Origin: Candidatus Falkowbacteria bacterium
GTDB taxonomy: Bacteria > Patescibacteriota > Patescibacteriia > JAACEG01
Direction of reading: 5' to 3'
Assembly: GCA_018651725.1 (NCBI GenBank)
Contig: JABIDK010000001.1
Coordinates: 748 to 64,747, forward strand
DNA: 64,000 bases
Under the pieces are notes generated by a model. The model did not search any database and was not told the DNA's origin. It saw only the letters and a list, made by a program, of their open reading frames with translations. A program made the translations under genes and the position numbers. Position 1 is the stretch's first letter. Every line of letters starts with the position of its first letter. Positions 1-10,600 of this stretch are shown here, piece after piece.

Positions 1-171
1 TTTCCGTGTTTTTGTTTCCGTGTTTCTCCTACTTTGCGAGGAACAATAACTCTATTTTTATTATTAAGTTGAGGGATAGGCATAAATTTAGCTTATAGCT
101 TTTAGTTTCGCTAGCTTTTAAATTGATTTAAAACTGCTTTAATGATATAGTATTTTGTGATAATTGTCTAT

Positions 172-331
172 TAGACTTATTACATAATAAGCTATTACTG
201 CAATCCCCATATTTTGGTAAATTTCTTTTAAAAATTTTTGGCCTATACGCAGGTATAAGCAAAAAATTTTTAAAAGAAATTTCCTCAAAATCTGGAAATT
301 TCGCTACATAGCTTATTATGCAACAAGTCTA
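172..331. mobile_element. MITE-like long hairpin element with TAGACTT...AAGTCTA ends
   Basis: Imperfect inverted repeat over the whole 160 bp; a shorter related copy lies at 60951-61013. Confidence 0.7.
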
Positions 332-367
332 TTAAAAAAACCTTCTTTTTAGAAGGTGTAAAATTTT

Positions 368-694
368 ATGCCAAAGCATTTTATTAAATTAAAATCAGAG
401 AAAACTATTTGTGGAAACTGTAAAGAAGAGTTTACTGGCGGTGGTTATGTTAACCATTGTCCGCATTGTTTGTGGAGTAAGCATGTTGACGAGGATATTC
501 CGGGAGACCGAAAATCAACCTGTTTAGGCTTAATGAAGCCAATTAAAGTTATCACAGGTAAAAGAGAAAAAATATCGATAAAACACTATTGTCAAAAATG
601 CGGAAAAGAAATGTTAAATAAAATTTCCCCAAACGATAATATGGAGGAAATTATTAAACTGTCTACTAAACACGACAAGCATGGAAATATATAA
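368..694 (+). CDS. RNHCP-domain zinc-binding protein
   Basis: CxxC...VNHCPHCLWSKHVD..PGDR.S.C.GLM.P...CxxCG motif. Confidence 0.85.
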   Translation: MPKHFIKLKSEKTICGNCKEEFTGGGYVNHCPHCLWSKHVDEDIPGDRKSTCLGLMKPIKVITGKREKISIKHYCQKCGKEMLNKISPNDNMEEIIKLSTKHDKHGNI

Positions 695-700
695 AAAAAT

Positions 701-1525
701 TTAGTTTTTTGCTTTTGTGATTTTATATCTTAACCCTAACACAACAAAAATAAAAAGCAAGAGGCTGAAAAGTTGAGGAAACCTCATCCCGAAAAGAATA
801 GGAGTTGTGTCTATTTTTATGAATTCTAATACAAAACGAATCAAAGCGTAGTTTGCTAAATAAACAAGAAAGATGTTACCAAGAGCTAGTACTTTAGATT
901 GCTTTTTAAGCAATCTTTTTTTATGTAAAAACAATAGAAATAAAAAATTGCAGAAGTTTAAAATTGATTCGTATAGAAAGGTGGGGTGAAAATAATTTGC
1001 ATTTTGATATAAGTATAAAGGTCTGTGTAAAAAATCTATTGGAATTCCCCAAGGTAAGTTTGTTGGCAAGCCGTAAAGTTCTTGATTAAAATAATTCCCC
1101 CAGCGCCCGATAGCTTGTCCTAAAGCAATAGCCACAGCCACAATATCGGCTGTAAGCCAGAAGTTTAATTTATTTTTTTTAACGAAGTAATACCCAGCTA
1201 ATGCCCCACCGATTAGCCCTCCGTGAATTGCCAGACCGCCCTTCCAAACTTTAAAGATATCCAAAGGATGTTTTAAGTAATATGGAAACTCTAAAAAAAC
1301 ATCATAAATTCTAGCGCCAATAAATCCAAAAACAATTACATAAACAGCCAAATCAAGAATTTGTTGTTTAGGAATTTCATATTTCTTCCCTAATTTCTGC
1401 GCAACAACAATCCCAAGCACTATTGCCAAGCTAACAAAAAAACCATACCAATAAAATTGAAGTGGACCGATAGAAAATATAATTGGATCGGGATGATAGG
1501 AGTGGAGGAAGTTCATATTTTTCAT
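701..1525 (-). CDS. lgt: Prolipoprotein diacylglyceryl transferase
   Basis: WYG, GGLAIHGG, QAIGRWGNYFNQELYG and HPTFLYES motifs. Confidence 0.97.
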   Translation of the reverse strand: MKNMNFLHSYHPDPIIFSIGPLQFYWYGFFVSLAIVLGIVVAQKLGKKYEIPKQQILDLAVYVIVFGFIGARIYDVFLEFPYYLKHPLDIFKVWKGGLAIHGGLIGGALAGYYFVKKNKLNFWLTADIVAVAIALGQAIGRWGNYFNQELYGLPTNLPWGIPIDFLHRPLYLYQNANYFHPTFLYESILNFCNFLFLLFLHKKRLLKKQSKVLALGNIFLVYLANYALIRFVLEFIKIDTTPILFGMRFPQLFSLLLFIFVVLGLRYKITKAKN

Positions 1526-1598
1526 TATAACAACTCCTAAAAAGAAAAAAAGCCCTTGAAGTGAATTGTTTATACAAAATTCACTTCAAGAGCCGGAG

Positions 1599-1802
1599 TT
1601 ATCGCCATCGGTTTCTTCTCCTTTTAAAAAGAGGAAAAAAAATAATCGCAAACAGAGGGATCGTGGCCCACAATGGGACGCGAATTATTTCAATAGGTTC
1701 GTTAGTCCCTGGAAGCATCTCCAAGGAACAGACGAGGGTAGAAATTACTGAAAAAGCTACTAAAAAAAATAAAAATTTTCCGTATTTTTTTTCTTTATTC
1801 AT
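1599..1802 (-). CDS. Small two-TM membrane protein
   Basis: SD AAGGAG upstream; two hydrophobic segments and a basic tail. Confidence 0.6.
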   Translation of the reverse strand: MNKEKKYGKFLFFLVAFSVISTLVCSLEMLPGTNEPIEIIRVPLWATIPLFAIIFFPLFKRRRNRWR

Positions 1803-1995
1803 TTTCTTCTCCTTTTAGAGCCTTTTCAAGACATTTATTGTAGTGGATTGTTGTACTGCTTAATTCAACCCATAAAACTACGTTACAAGACGGACAACAA
1901 AAGCCCTTACCGCTCTGCTTTATTTCAACTTCATTGAAGCTAGTTACAGTTGTATGGCCGCAGTTAGTGCACGTATATCTTATTTCTTTTTTTAT
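1795..1995 (-). CDS. Unannotated 66-aa zinc-ribbon protein with ATA start (or start-loss pseudogene)
   Basis: Open frame IKKEIRYTCTNCGH...GFCCPSCNVVLW...; GAGGGAG just upstream; the end of the frame overlaps the ATG of the next gene. Confidence 0.6.
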   Translation of the reverse strand: MKKEIRYTCTNCGHTTVTSFNEVEIKQSGKGFCCPSCNVVLWVELSSTTIHYNKCLEKALKGEENE

Positions 1996-2047
1996 TTCTC
2001 TCCCTCTTATATTTTTTAATAAAAAGAGCCTCCTTTTTTAATATAAA

Positions 2048-2076
2048 AATATACCATAAAATCAATTAAAAGTCAA
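2048..2076 (-). promoter_or_regulatory. Sigma70-type promoter
   Basis: TTGACT-17 bp-TATATT upstream of the 1995/1802 gene pair. Confidence 0.6.
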
Positions 2077-2328
2077 TAGCAGCCAAGAAAAAAACCGCTT
2101 GATTAAGCAGTTTTTTTGTATAAATTGGCAATTTTTATCAGATGTTTTTTCTTTTATACATCTACCTTGTAAATAGTTGACAATAAATTGTCAACTGTCA
2201 ACTAAATATTTTTATTAATATTTATTTTTAAAATCTAAAGTGTAAATAGACTTATTCATATCACTTTAAATTCGGCCAAACTAAAACCCGACCTTGTTTT
2301 ATGGCCGGGTTTTAGTTAAATTTTTAAA

Positions 2329-3393
2329 TTACAGAGCGTCAAGATCGGCTGCCTGACCCTGAATAACTTTTCCTTGTTTTAATTTTGGTATTTTTTGAAC
2401 ATCGATTACATCGGATGTAGCTCCTAATTTTTTCAACGCGGCATTAAACTTTTCTACCCACCCTAAAAACTCTGTTTCTGTTATAGAACCACTAAAATAC
2501 GCGTTAAATTCAGGCTTTATTACGGTCACCATATTATATTTATAGGCTTCCTCTGCTTGTTCGCCGGCTTTTGTTTTCATCGCTTTAATAAATTGCTCTT
2601 TGCCGTCAGAAGTAAAATATTTCGATACAATCAATTCTCCTTTTTCTTGTTCTGCTTTTTTAGAAATACCTTGATTTAAATCAACTTCTTCAGCCGACAT
2701 TTCTTCGTACACTTTACCTTTTTCGTCAGTAAATTGTTTGTATGTTCCTTGTTGCTTAGATTGCTCTCTTGTTTTGTCTTGAAGCAACCGAAAACGAATT
2801 TTTTTCTCAAATAATTCATAGGCTTTATCATATCTTCCTCCATAGACAGACATATTTGCCAGTTCTTTATCTGTAAACACGCCTTCTGCGCTCATTTCTG
2901 CTGCCCACCCTTTAAATAATTTTACATTTTCTTGTTGTTTTTTAGTAAATTTTTTATCTACTTGTTCGATCGCAGATGCTTCATTAACCGTAACGCCAAA
3001 TTCAGGAGTATAATTTCCAACACTTATTATCCCGGCGGCAAGTATAGCCGCTACCACTCTCGTGCATTTATTTTTTGCCATTTCACCAAGTTTTGTCATA
3101 AATTCTTTTGAATCATTTTTAATAGACTCTAGCAGATTAGGGTCAATTTCCTTTATTTCTTCTTGAGCGGTTTCCGGGGTTAAACTCTCATAAATTTTTA
3201 AAACTTCTTCTGGGTCAATTCCTAATTCTTGTTCAAAATAATCAAGTTGCCCCTCTATTCGCGTAGCTTCTTCCAGCTTTGCTTCTTTTTCTTCTACAGA
3301 GAGATCTGAGCTCTCGATTTCTTGATTAAGTTTTTCTAATTTATTGGTGCCTTGTTTTAATTCCTCTCCTGTCGCTAAAGTTTCAAATTTCAT
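2329..3393 (-). CDS. Hypothetical protein, acidic N-terminus and one internal TM segment
   Basis: 354-aa ORF followed by a GC hairpin at about 2281-2316. Confidence 0.75.
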   Translation of the reverse strand: MKFETLATGEELKQGTNKLEKLNQEIESSDLSVEEKEAKLEEATRIEGQLDYFEQELGIDPEEVLKIYESLTPETAQEEIKEIDPNLLESIKNDSKEFMTKLGEMAKNKCTRVVAAILAAGIISVGNYTPEFGVTVNEASAIEQVDKKFTKKQQENVKLFKGWAAEMSAEGVFTDKELANMSVYGGRYDKAYELFEKKIRFRLLQDKTREQSKQQGTYKQFTDEKGKVYEEMSAEEVDLNQGISKKAEQEKGELIVSKYFTSDGKEQFIKAMKTKAGEQAEEAYKYNMVTVIKPEFNAYFSGSITETEFLGWVEKFNAALKKLGATSDVIDVQKIPKLKQGKVIQGQAADLDAL

Positions 3394-3445
3394 AAAGTTG
3401 ATATTAATGTTATTTTATTAATTATTTTAAACCTCTGAAGCCAAG

Positions 3446-3886
3446 CTAATCTTTTTTTTCCGGAGTAATACGCCCTTCTTTTTTAGCCTCACTTATTTTT
3501 AATCTATTTTCAATATCTTTCCATTCCGGAAGCTTAACGCCAGCTTTCTCAAGATCTTTCTGTAGTTCTTCGTCTGACTTGCTATTAAATTCAATGCAAA
3601 TATCAGTATCCTTTATTAGGTCTTCTAGTAATTTTTCCGGTGACATTTTGACTAACCTCTCTATTTTTTCAGTATCTTCTGTCATTTTACCTTCTGCTGG
3701 CTCATAAGCTATATACTCCCATAAAGTAATCTCATCTCCTAATTCTAAAACATCTTGTTGTTCTTTTGTTAGCATGCCCTGTTGAACTAACTCTGCAATA
3801 GTAGTACTTCTAGATAAAATAAACTTTTCTCTGTTGTTATCTGACTCTTTTTTGTTTATGTTTATTTGATCAAGTTTTTCTGTCAT
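3446..3886 (-). CDS. Hypothetical protein
   Basis: 146-aa ORF directly downstream of recA on the same strand. Confidence 0.65.
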   Translation of the reverse strand: MTEKLDQININKKESDNNREKFILSRSTTIAELVQQGMLTKEQQDVLELGDEITLWEYIAYEPAEGKMTEDTEKIERLVKMSPEKLLEDLIKDTDICIEFNSKSDEELQKDLEKAGVKLPEWKDIENRLKISEAKKEGRITPEKKD

Positions 3887-3914
3887 ATATTTTATATGTT
3901 AAAAAAATAATAAA

Positions 3915-4946
3915 TTACTTAGCATCCTCTTTCTCTTTCTCTCTTACCGTTTCCCAGACTTTTTTCTTTATTTCTTTGATGAATTTTGGATTTTCTCGCA
4001 GAGTTCTTTTGGCGTTTTCTCTACCGACTCCTAACTTTTCCTCACCGTAGGTATAGGAGTTGCCTGATTTTTTTATTATGTTAAATTCTACTCCTTTATC
4101 TAGGACGTCTCCGGAGATTGAGATTCCTTCGTTGTACATGATTTCAAAAACAGTATTTTTAAACGGAGCAGCTACTTTATTTTTTACTACCTTAGCTTTT
4201 ACTTGGTTGCCGATAATTTGGTCGCCTTTTTTAATTTGGGCGCTTCTTCTAACTTCAATTCTAACCGATGAATAAAACTTTAAAGCCATTCCGCCGGTAG
4301 TTGTTTCCGGGTTGCCGAAGAACACACCAATTTTTAAACGGATTTGATTGATAAAAATTAAAACAGTGTTGCTTTTGTTAATTACGCCGGTTAATTTTCG
4401 AAGCGCTTGGCTCATTAGCCTGGCTTGAGTTCCCATTTGCCTGTCACCCATTTCTCCTTCAATTTCTGACTTTGGTACAAGCGCGGCAACTGAATCAACC
4501 ACGATAACGTCAACGGCGTTAGAGCGAACCAACGTTTCGGTAATCTCAAGGGCTTGTTCACCATTATCTGGTTGAGAAATTAACAACTCTTTTACATTCA
4601 CGCCAATTTTTTTAGCATACTCCGGATCAAGCGCGTGTTCAGCATCCACAAACGCTGCTACGCCCCCTTGTTTTTGCACTTCAGCTACAATATGTTGCGC
4701 TAAAGTTGTTTTTCCGGAAGCCTCCGGGCCGTAAATTTCTATAATTCTCCCGCGCGGCACTCCACCTACGCCAAGAGCAATATCAAGAGAAAGACAACCT
4801 GTTGAAACAGCCGAAACCTTTGCTTTCTTAGCTTCCCCCAGCTTCATAATAGAACCATCCCCAAACCGTTCTTTAATTTGAGCTACAGCCTCTTCCGCTG
4901 CCTTTAATTTTTCCTGCCCCTCATCTTTTTTGTTTTTATCGGTCAT
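3915..4946 (-). CDS. recA: Recombinase RecA
   Basis: GPEASGKTT Walker A; DAEHALDP; IFINQIR; GNPETTTGG. Confidence 0.99.
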   Translation of the reverse strand: MTDKNKKDEGQEKLKAAEEAVAQIKERFGDGSIMKLGEAKKAKVSAVSTGCLSLDIALGVGGVPRGRIIEIYGPEASGKTTLAQHIVAEVQKQGGVAAFVDAEHALDPEYAKKIGVNVKELLISQPDNGEQALEITETLVRSNAVDVIVVDSVAALVPKSEIEGEMGDRQMGTQARLMSQALRKLTGVINKSNTVLIFINQIRLKIGVFFGNPETTTGGMALKFYSSVRIEVRRSAQIKKGDQIIGNQVKAKVVKNKVAAPFKNTVFEIMYNEGISISGDVLDKGVEFNIIKKSGNSYTYGEEKLGVGRENAKRTLRENPKFIKEIKKKVWETVREKEKEDAK

Positions 4947-4971
4947 AAAATTTTGTTTAAATGATTAATAA

Positions 4972-5331
4972 TTAAATACTTTCCACTACCAGTACCTTTC
5001 TATAAACAGTATTTGTCTGGCTATATTTTTTACTGGCTTCTATTTTTATAATATTAACTCCCATTTGTAAGCCAATGGTTTCTGTAAAATCTCCGTTACT
5101 TTCTGCTAAAATGCCTTTGTCGTTAATATAAATTTTTGCTTCTTTACAAGAGCTCCCTTTAATAGTTATTGATTTTTCGTTGGTTGTAAAATTATTATTT
5201 GGTTCAAAAATTTCCAAGTTTGGCGGATTAAAAATTTCTTGAGCCTCCACGCCTAAATAAGTAAAACACAACAAAAATATTATAGCAATAAAAAGATTTT
5301 TTAAAATTTTTGGTGTAACGCTAAATTTCAT
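4972..5331 (-). CDS. Membrane-anchored protein with Ig-like domain
   Basis: N-terminal TM; PxLEIFEP...ITIKG...GVNIIKIEA beta-sandwich pattern. Confidence 0.7.
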   Translation of the reverse strand: MKFSVTPKILKNLFIAIIFLLCFTYLGVEAQEIFNPPNLEIFEPNNNFTTNEKSITIKGSSCKEAKIYINDKGILAESNGDFTETIGLQMGVNIIKIEASKKYSQTNTVYRKVLVVESI

Positions 5332-5345
5332 AGTATATGGTAAAA

Positions 5346-7547
5346 TTAATTTTCTTCTTCGTTATTATTCTCTTTTTCTTCGTCCAAACTTTCCTGCGAA
5401 ACCAAAACCTCTCTTGATTTGGCTCCGTCGGCCGGACCGATTATCCCGAGTTCTTCCAAGGCCTCAATAAGTCTGGCAGCTTTATTATAGCCGATTCTCA
5501 TCCTTCTTTGTAGTAGTGATGCTGAGGCTTTTCTGCCCCTAACAACAATTTCTTTGGCCATTTCAATTAACTCTTCATCTTCGCCAAAATCATCGTTTTT
5601 CCCTGAAATACTAACCCCTCCTTGGCGTTCAACAACTGTTTCATCGTACTCAACTGAATCGTAATTAAGTTTTATATAGCTGGTAATTTTTTTAATTTCA
5701 CTTTCAGAGACAAACGCTCCTTGTAATCTTTTTGGTTTTGAGGTCTCAGCAGAAACAAAAAGCATGTCTCCGCGACCTAACAATTTTTCCGCTCCACTAC
5801 TGTCTAAAATTGTTCGTGAATCTACCAGAGAAGCAACACTAAAAGCAATTCGTGAAGTAATATTAGCTTTAATAAGCCCGGTAATAACATTAACCGATGG
5901 ACGCTGAGTAGCCAAAATTAAATATATTCCAACCGCTCGTGACATTTGTGCCAAGCGAATAATCAAAGCTTCAATTTCCGGACCGGCTGAGGCCATTAAA
6001 TCCGCCAACTCATCGATAATTATGATAACACTTGGCATTGTATTGCCGGCGGCTCGGTAAGAAAAAATATCGCGATTTTTTGCATCAGATAAAACTTCAA
6101 ACCGACGTTCCATCTCAGAGACTGCCCACTTTAGCGCATTAACCGTTTCTTTAACTTTTGTAATGACTGGTGTTAAAAGATAAGGAGTTTTGCCATAAAT
6201 CGGAAGCTCAACTCTTTTCGGGTCGATCATTATAAACTTCAAATCATCAGGAGAATTTTGATACATTAAACTTAAAATAATAGTGTTAATACAAATTGTT
6301 TTTCCTGAACCAGTCGAACCGGCAATTAAAAGATGCGGATTTCTTGTAAGATCGGTCATCCAAGTTTTTCCGGAGACGTCTTTGCCTAAGGTAATCATTA
6401 AATCAGACGGTCTGTTTTTGAATTCGTCGGAGGTAATAATATCTTTCAAGCGAACCTTTGCGGCTTGTTTATTCGGCACTTCTACTCCTACTAAAGACTT
6501 GCCCGGGATAGGTGCTTCAATTCTTATCGGGTGAGCTGCCAAGGCAAGAGCTAGATCGTTACTTAGTGTAATTATCTGAGACAGCTTAACTCCTTCAGCT
6601 GGTCGTAGAGTGTGCTGGGTAACAGTTGGCCCAACGCTTACTTTCCCCATCTCTACTTCTATGTTAAAATTCTCCAAAGTTTTTCTGATAGTCTCCATAT
6701 TCGCGTTAATGTCTCCGCTAGTTGGCTTGTCTCCGCCGTTATGGAGAAGATCAAGCGGTAGGTCTATTTTCTTTTTCTTAGGTTTATGATTAAATTTAAT
6801 TTCCTCTTGCTCCCCCTCTAAATCTTCTTCGTTGCCGGATATCTCTGTTTTTACAAAATCAACCTCTTTATCGTTATCGTCCTCTTCAATAAATTCCTCT
6901 TCCTCTTCATTTTCGTGCTCTTTACCAAACTTTTTTTGCTGTCTATAGTTGTGGAATTTGTCTTTAGATTGAATTGCAACTTTTAACCCTTTAGAAAAAA
7001 TTATCTTTAAAATATTAAGCCCGCTCAACAGGTTATCTAGAGAAACGTTAAAAATAAGAAGAATTGATCCAATAAAAGCAGAAACAAATATCACCAAGCT
7101 TCCCCAAAACCCTAAAAAGTATCCAGCTGGGTAACCTAAAATAAGACCAATATAACCTCCGCCTTCACCAAAGGACACCTGCTTTAAACTGCCCGTGAAA
7201 CTTTGATTTAAATCTTGAGTTAAATGAAAAATTCCATAAAAACTTAAAACAAAAAAAACAAGTCCGACATAATGTAAACTTGTTAAAACTTTTTTTCGAG
7301 CACTTACAATAAAGTAGGTAACAGCTGAAAGTAAAAAAGGAAAAATAATATAACCAATTCCGAAAAACTGTTTCAAAACCTCTTCCAACCACAAACCAAA
7401 TCTTCCAGCCAAATGAAATAAACTTAAAAAAGAAAGAACAATAAAAGCAATTAAAACCACAATTATAATCCCTTTTTTCGCCTCACTACTGATTGAAAAT
7501 TTATCTTTTTTATTATAACTATACTTTTTTCGTTTTCTCATAAACAT
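5346..7547 (-). CDS. ftsK: DNA translocase FtsK/SpoIIIE
   Basis: N-terminal TM domain; PHLLIAGSTGSGKT; IDELADLM; LATQRPSV; gamma domain SLLQRRMRIGYNKAARL. Confidence 0.98.
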   Translation of the reverse strand: MFMRKRKKYSYNKKDKFSISSEAKKGIIIVVLIAFIVLSFLSLFHLAGRFGLWLEEVLKQFFGIGYIIFPFLLSAVTYFIVSARKKVLTSLHYVGLVFFVLSFYGIFHLTQDLNQSFTGSLKQVSFGEGGGYIGLILGYPAGYFLGFWGSLVIFVSAFIGSILLIFNVSLDNLLSGLNILKIIFSKGLKVAIQSKDKFHNYRQQKKFGKEHENEEEEEFIEEDDNDKEVDFVKTEISGNEEDLEGEQEEIKFNHKPKKKKIDLPLDLLHNGGDKPTSGDINANMETIRKTLENFNIEVEMGKVSVGPTVTQHTLRPAEGVKLSQIITLSNDLALALAAHPIRIEAPIPGKSLVGVEVPNKQAAKVRLKDIITSDEFKNRPSDLMITLGKDVSGKTWMTDLTRNPHLLIAGSTGSGKTICINTIILSLMYQNSPDDLKFIMIDPKRVELPIYGKTPYLLTPVITKVKETVNALKWAVSEMERRFEVLSDAKNRDIFSYRAAGNTMPSVIIIIDELADLMASAGPEIEALIIRLAQMSRAVGIYLILATQRPSVNVITGLIKANITSRIAFSVASLVDSRTILDSSGAEKLLGRGDMLFVSAETSKPKRLQGAFVSESEIKKITSYIKLNYDSVEYDETVVERQGGVSISGKNDDFGEDEELIEMAKEIVVRGRKASASLLQRRMRIGYNKAARLIEALEELGIIGPADGAKSREVLVSQESLDEEKENNNEEEN

Positions 7548-7628
7548 AAAAACTTAACAATTTTAAAGTTGTCTATAACATTATTATACCAAACCAACAA
7601 ATAAAGACAAGAGTTTATTTTAAGCAAC

Positions 7629-7660
7629 AAAAAAACCCGGCAATTAAGCCGGGTTTTTTT
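7629..7660 (-). terminator. Intrinsic terminator of rpoBC
   Basis: AAAAAAACCCGGC-AATTAA-GCCGGGTTTTTTT. Confidence 0.85.
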
Positions 7661-7679
7661 ATATATTTTTTGCTAAACT

Positions 7680-10600
7680 CTATTTCTTTTTAAACCCTGT
7701 TCCTGCGGGGATTAATCTACCGATGATTACGTTTTCTTTTAATCCATCGAGCGGGTCGATTTTTCCGCTGAGTGAAGCTTCGATTAGGATCTTTGAGGTT
7801 TCTTGGAAGGAGGCGGCTGATAAAAAGCTTTTTGTGGAAAGAGAGTTTTTTGTTATTCCCAACAATAGCTCCTCTCCTTTAGCTTTTGTTTTGCCTGCTT
7901 TTTCCATTTTTTTATTTTCATCTTCAAAATCTCGTCTATCGATAACAGTGCCTGGCAAAAAATTAGTGTCTCCATCGGACGTGATATTCACCTTAGAAAA
8001 CATTTGTCTGGCGATTACCTCAACATGCTTATCGTTTAATGGCTGACCCTGAGAAGAATAAAGGTATTGAATCTCATTGATAATATATCTTTGAGTTTTA
8101 GTTCGGCCTGCTAACGTATGAAGTTGTTGTAAGTTAAGACTTCCTTCTGTTAGTTGCTGACCTTTTTGAACTTTTTCTCCGTTTTTAACCCAGATGTCAA
8201 AGCCCTTAGCAACTGAAAACTCTTTTATTTTATTTACTGTTCTAAAAACAGCCACTTTGGTTGAAAGCACTCTGGCTTCACCAAACTCTTTTGCTTTAAC
8301 TTTAGTGCCGTTGCTTCTTATGAATAAAAGATCTCCTTTTTCAACCTTGTCCCCTTCTTTTACTTTTATTTCAAGTTCACCTTCTTTCTTTGAGTCGTCA
8401 ATTTTCTTTTTAGTAGCAGTTCTAAAATCATATTTGTCTTCATCTTCGCCGATATATTCCAACTTTAAAACTTTTTGCCCGGGAACATTTTCTAGAACAA
8501 TTTTTCCAGTCGCATCTTTAATAGTTCTTTCTAATTGCGCTATTTTAACAACCCCATCTTCTTCAGCTAAAACAGCTCTTCTCTTCGGGTTTCTGGCTTC
8601 AAAAAGTTCTTCAACTCTTGGCAGACCTTGGGTAATGTCGTCTCCAGCTACACCACCGGTATGAAAGGTTCTCATAGTAAGCTGAGTTCCTGGTTCACCG
8701 ATTGATTGAGCGGCCACCACCCCAACGGTTGCTCCTTTTTTAACAAGTTTGTTGTACCCCAAATCCCAACCATAGCATTTTTGGCAAACACCTTTTTGTG
8801 ATTTGCAGGTAAGAACAGAGCGAATTTTTAAATTCTCAAGATCCAGTTCTTTTAACTTATCTCTTTCCGCTTCTGTAATAATCTGACCTTTTTTAAGGAC
8901 AATTTCTTTTGTTTTAGGATCTTTTACTTCTTCAAACGACACTCTTCCTAAAACTCTGTCGGCTAAGTTGCTGCTTAGTCTTTCGCTATTTTCTTTTGTC
9001 AGTTGTATACCTTCCCTTGTTTTACAGTCTTCTTCTTGCACAAACATATCTTGAACAACATCAACTAAACGTCTGGTTAAATAACCGGCATTAGCTGTTC
9101 GTAAAGCTGTATCAGACAAACCTTTTCTGGATCCATGAGTAGAAATGAAAAACTCCAGCACATCAAACCCTTCTTTAAAGTTACCCTTTGCCGGAAGTTC
9201 AATAATATCTCCGGAAGGACTGCTTACCAAACCTTTCATTCCAATCACCTGAGTTAACTGCCCCCAATGTCCTTTAGCCTTAGAATCAATAATAGAGAAA
9301 ACAGAGCCTTTAGTATCTAGTGATTCTTTCGCTAAGGCAACGATTTTTTCTTTAGCAAAGGTCCAAGTTTCAATTATTTTGCTGTGACGTTCCGCATCGG
9401 TTAAAAGACCGGCATCGTATTGTTGTTTAATTTCTTGAACTTGTTTTTCAGTTACTTCCAATATTCCTTGTCGTTCATCAATAAAAGGCAAGTCTCCCAT
9501 TCCCCAAGAAAGTCCGGAGATAGTTAAATATTTAAACCCTGTTCTTTTTAAATCATCTACAAATTGCCCGGCTCGTTCCAGTCCATAGTTGCTTAAAATT
9601 GATTTAACTAAGCCTTTTAATGAACCAGCGTCCATTTTCTCATTAAGGTACTCCATATCTCTTGGTAATATCTTGTTAAACAAAACTCTACCAATAGTTG
9701 TTGTGACTATTTTTTTCCCAATCCTAACTTTAATAAAGTTTTTAAGCTTAATGTTCTTTAAGTCGTAGGCCAAGATTGCCTGATTTTCGTTAGCAAAAAC
9801 TTTTATTTTTTTATCGTCAACTTTTTCTTGAGAAGAGGAGGTTAAATAATAACATCCCCAAACAATATCTTGACTTGGGCTAACCACCGGGTCGCCTGTT
9901 GCCGGTTTTAATAGATTTTTACTTGATTGCATTAACTCTTTGGCTTCTTTTTGGGCTTCCTTTGTTAAAGGAACATGAACAGCCATTTGGTCTCCGTCAA
10001 AGTCAGCGTTAAAAGCGCTACAAACCATTGGATGAATTTGGATAGCTTTTCCTTCTATCAGGATTGGTTTAAACGCTTGAATTCCGAGTCTATGCAAGGT
10101 TGGAGCACGGTTTAAAAGCACATAAGCATCCGCAATAACTTCTTCTAAAATATCCCAAACTTCCACTCGCCCTTCGTTAATAAAACGAATAGCGCTTCTT
10201 ACATTATGGATAACTTCATCGCGAATAAGTTTGCTGATCACAAAAGGCTTAAAAAGTTCCAAAGCCATTTTTTTCGGCAAACCGCACTCATTGATCTTTA
10301 GATGAGGACCAATCACAATCACGCTTCTGCCTGAGTAATCAACTCTTTTTCCCAAAAGATTTTGTCTAAACCGACCTTGTTTCCCTTTCAAAATATCAGA
10401 GATTGATTTTAACATTCTTTTTTGTCCGGTTGAAGATACTACTGTTTTTCCGTGTCTGGCGTTGTTATCGATTAAGGCGTCAACTGCCTCCTGTAACATT
10501 CTTTTTTCATTTCTGGAGATAACTTCAGGAGCATTTAATTTTTTAAGTTGTTTTAACCTGTTGTTTCGATTAATAACTCTGCGATACAAATCATTAAGAT

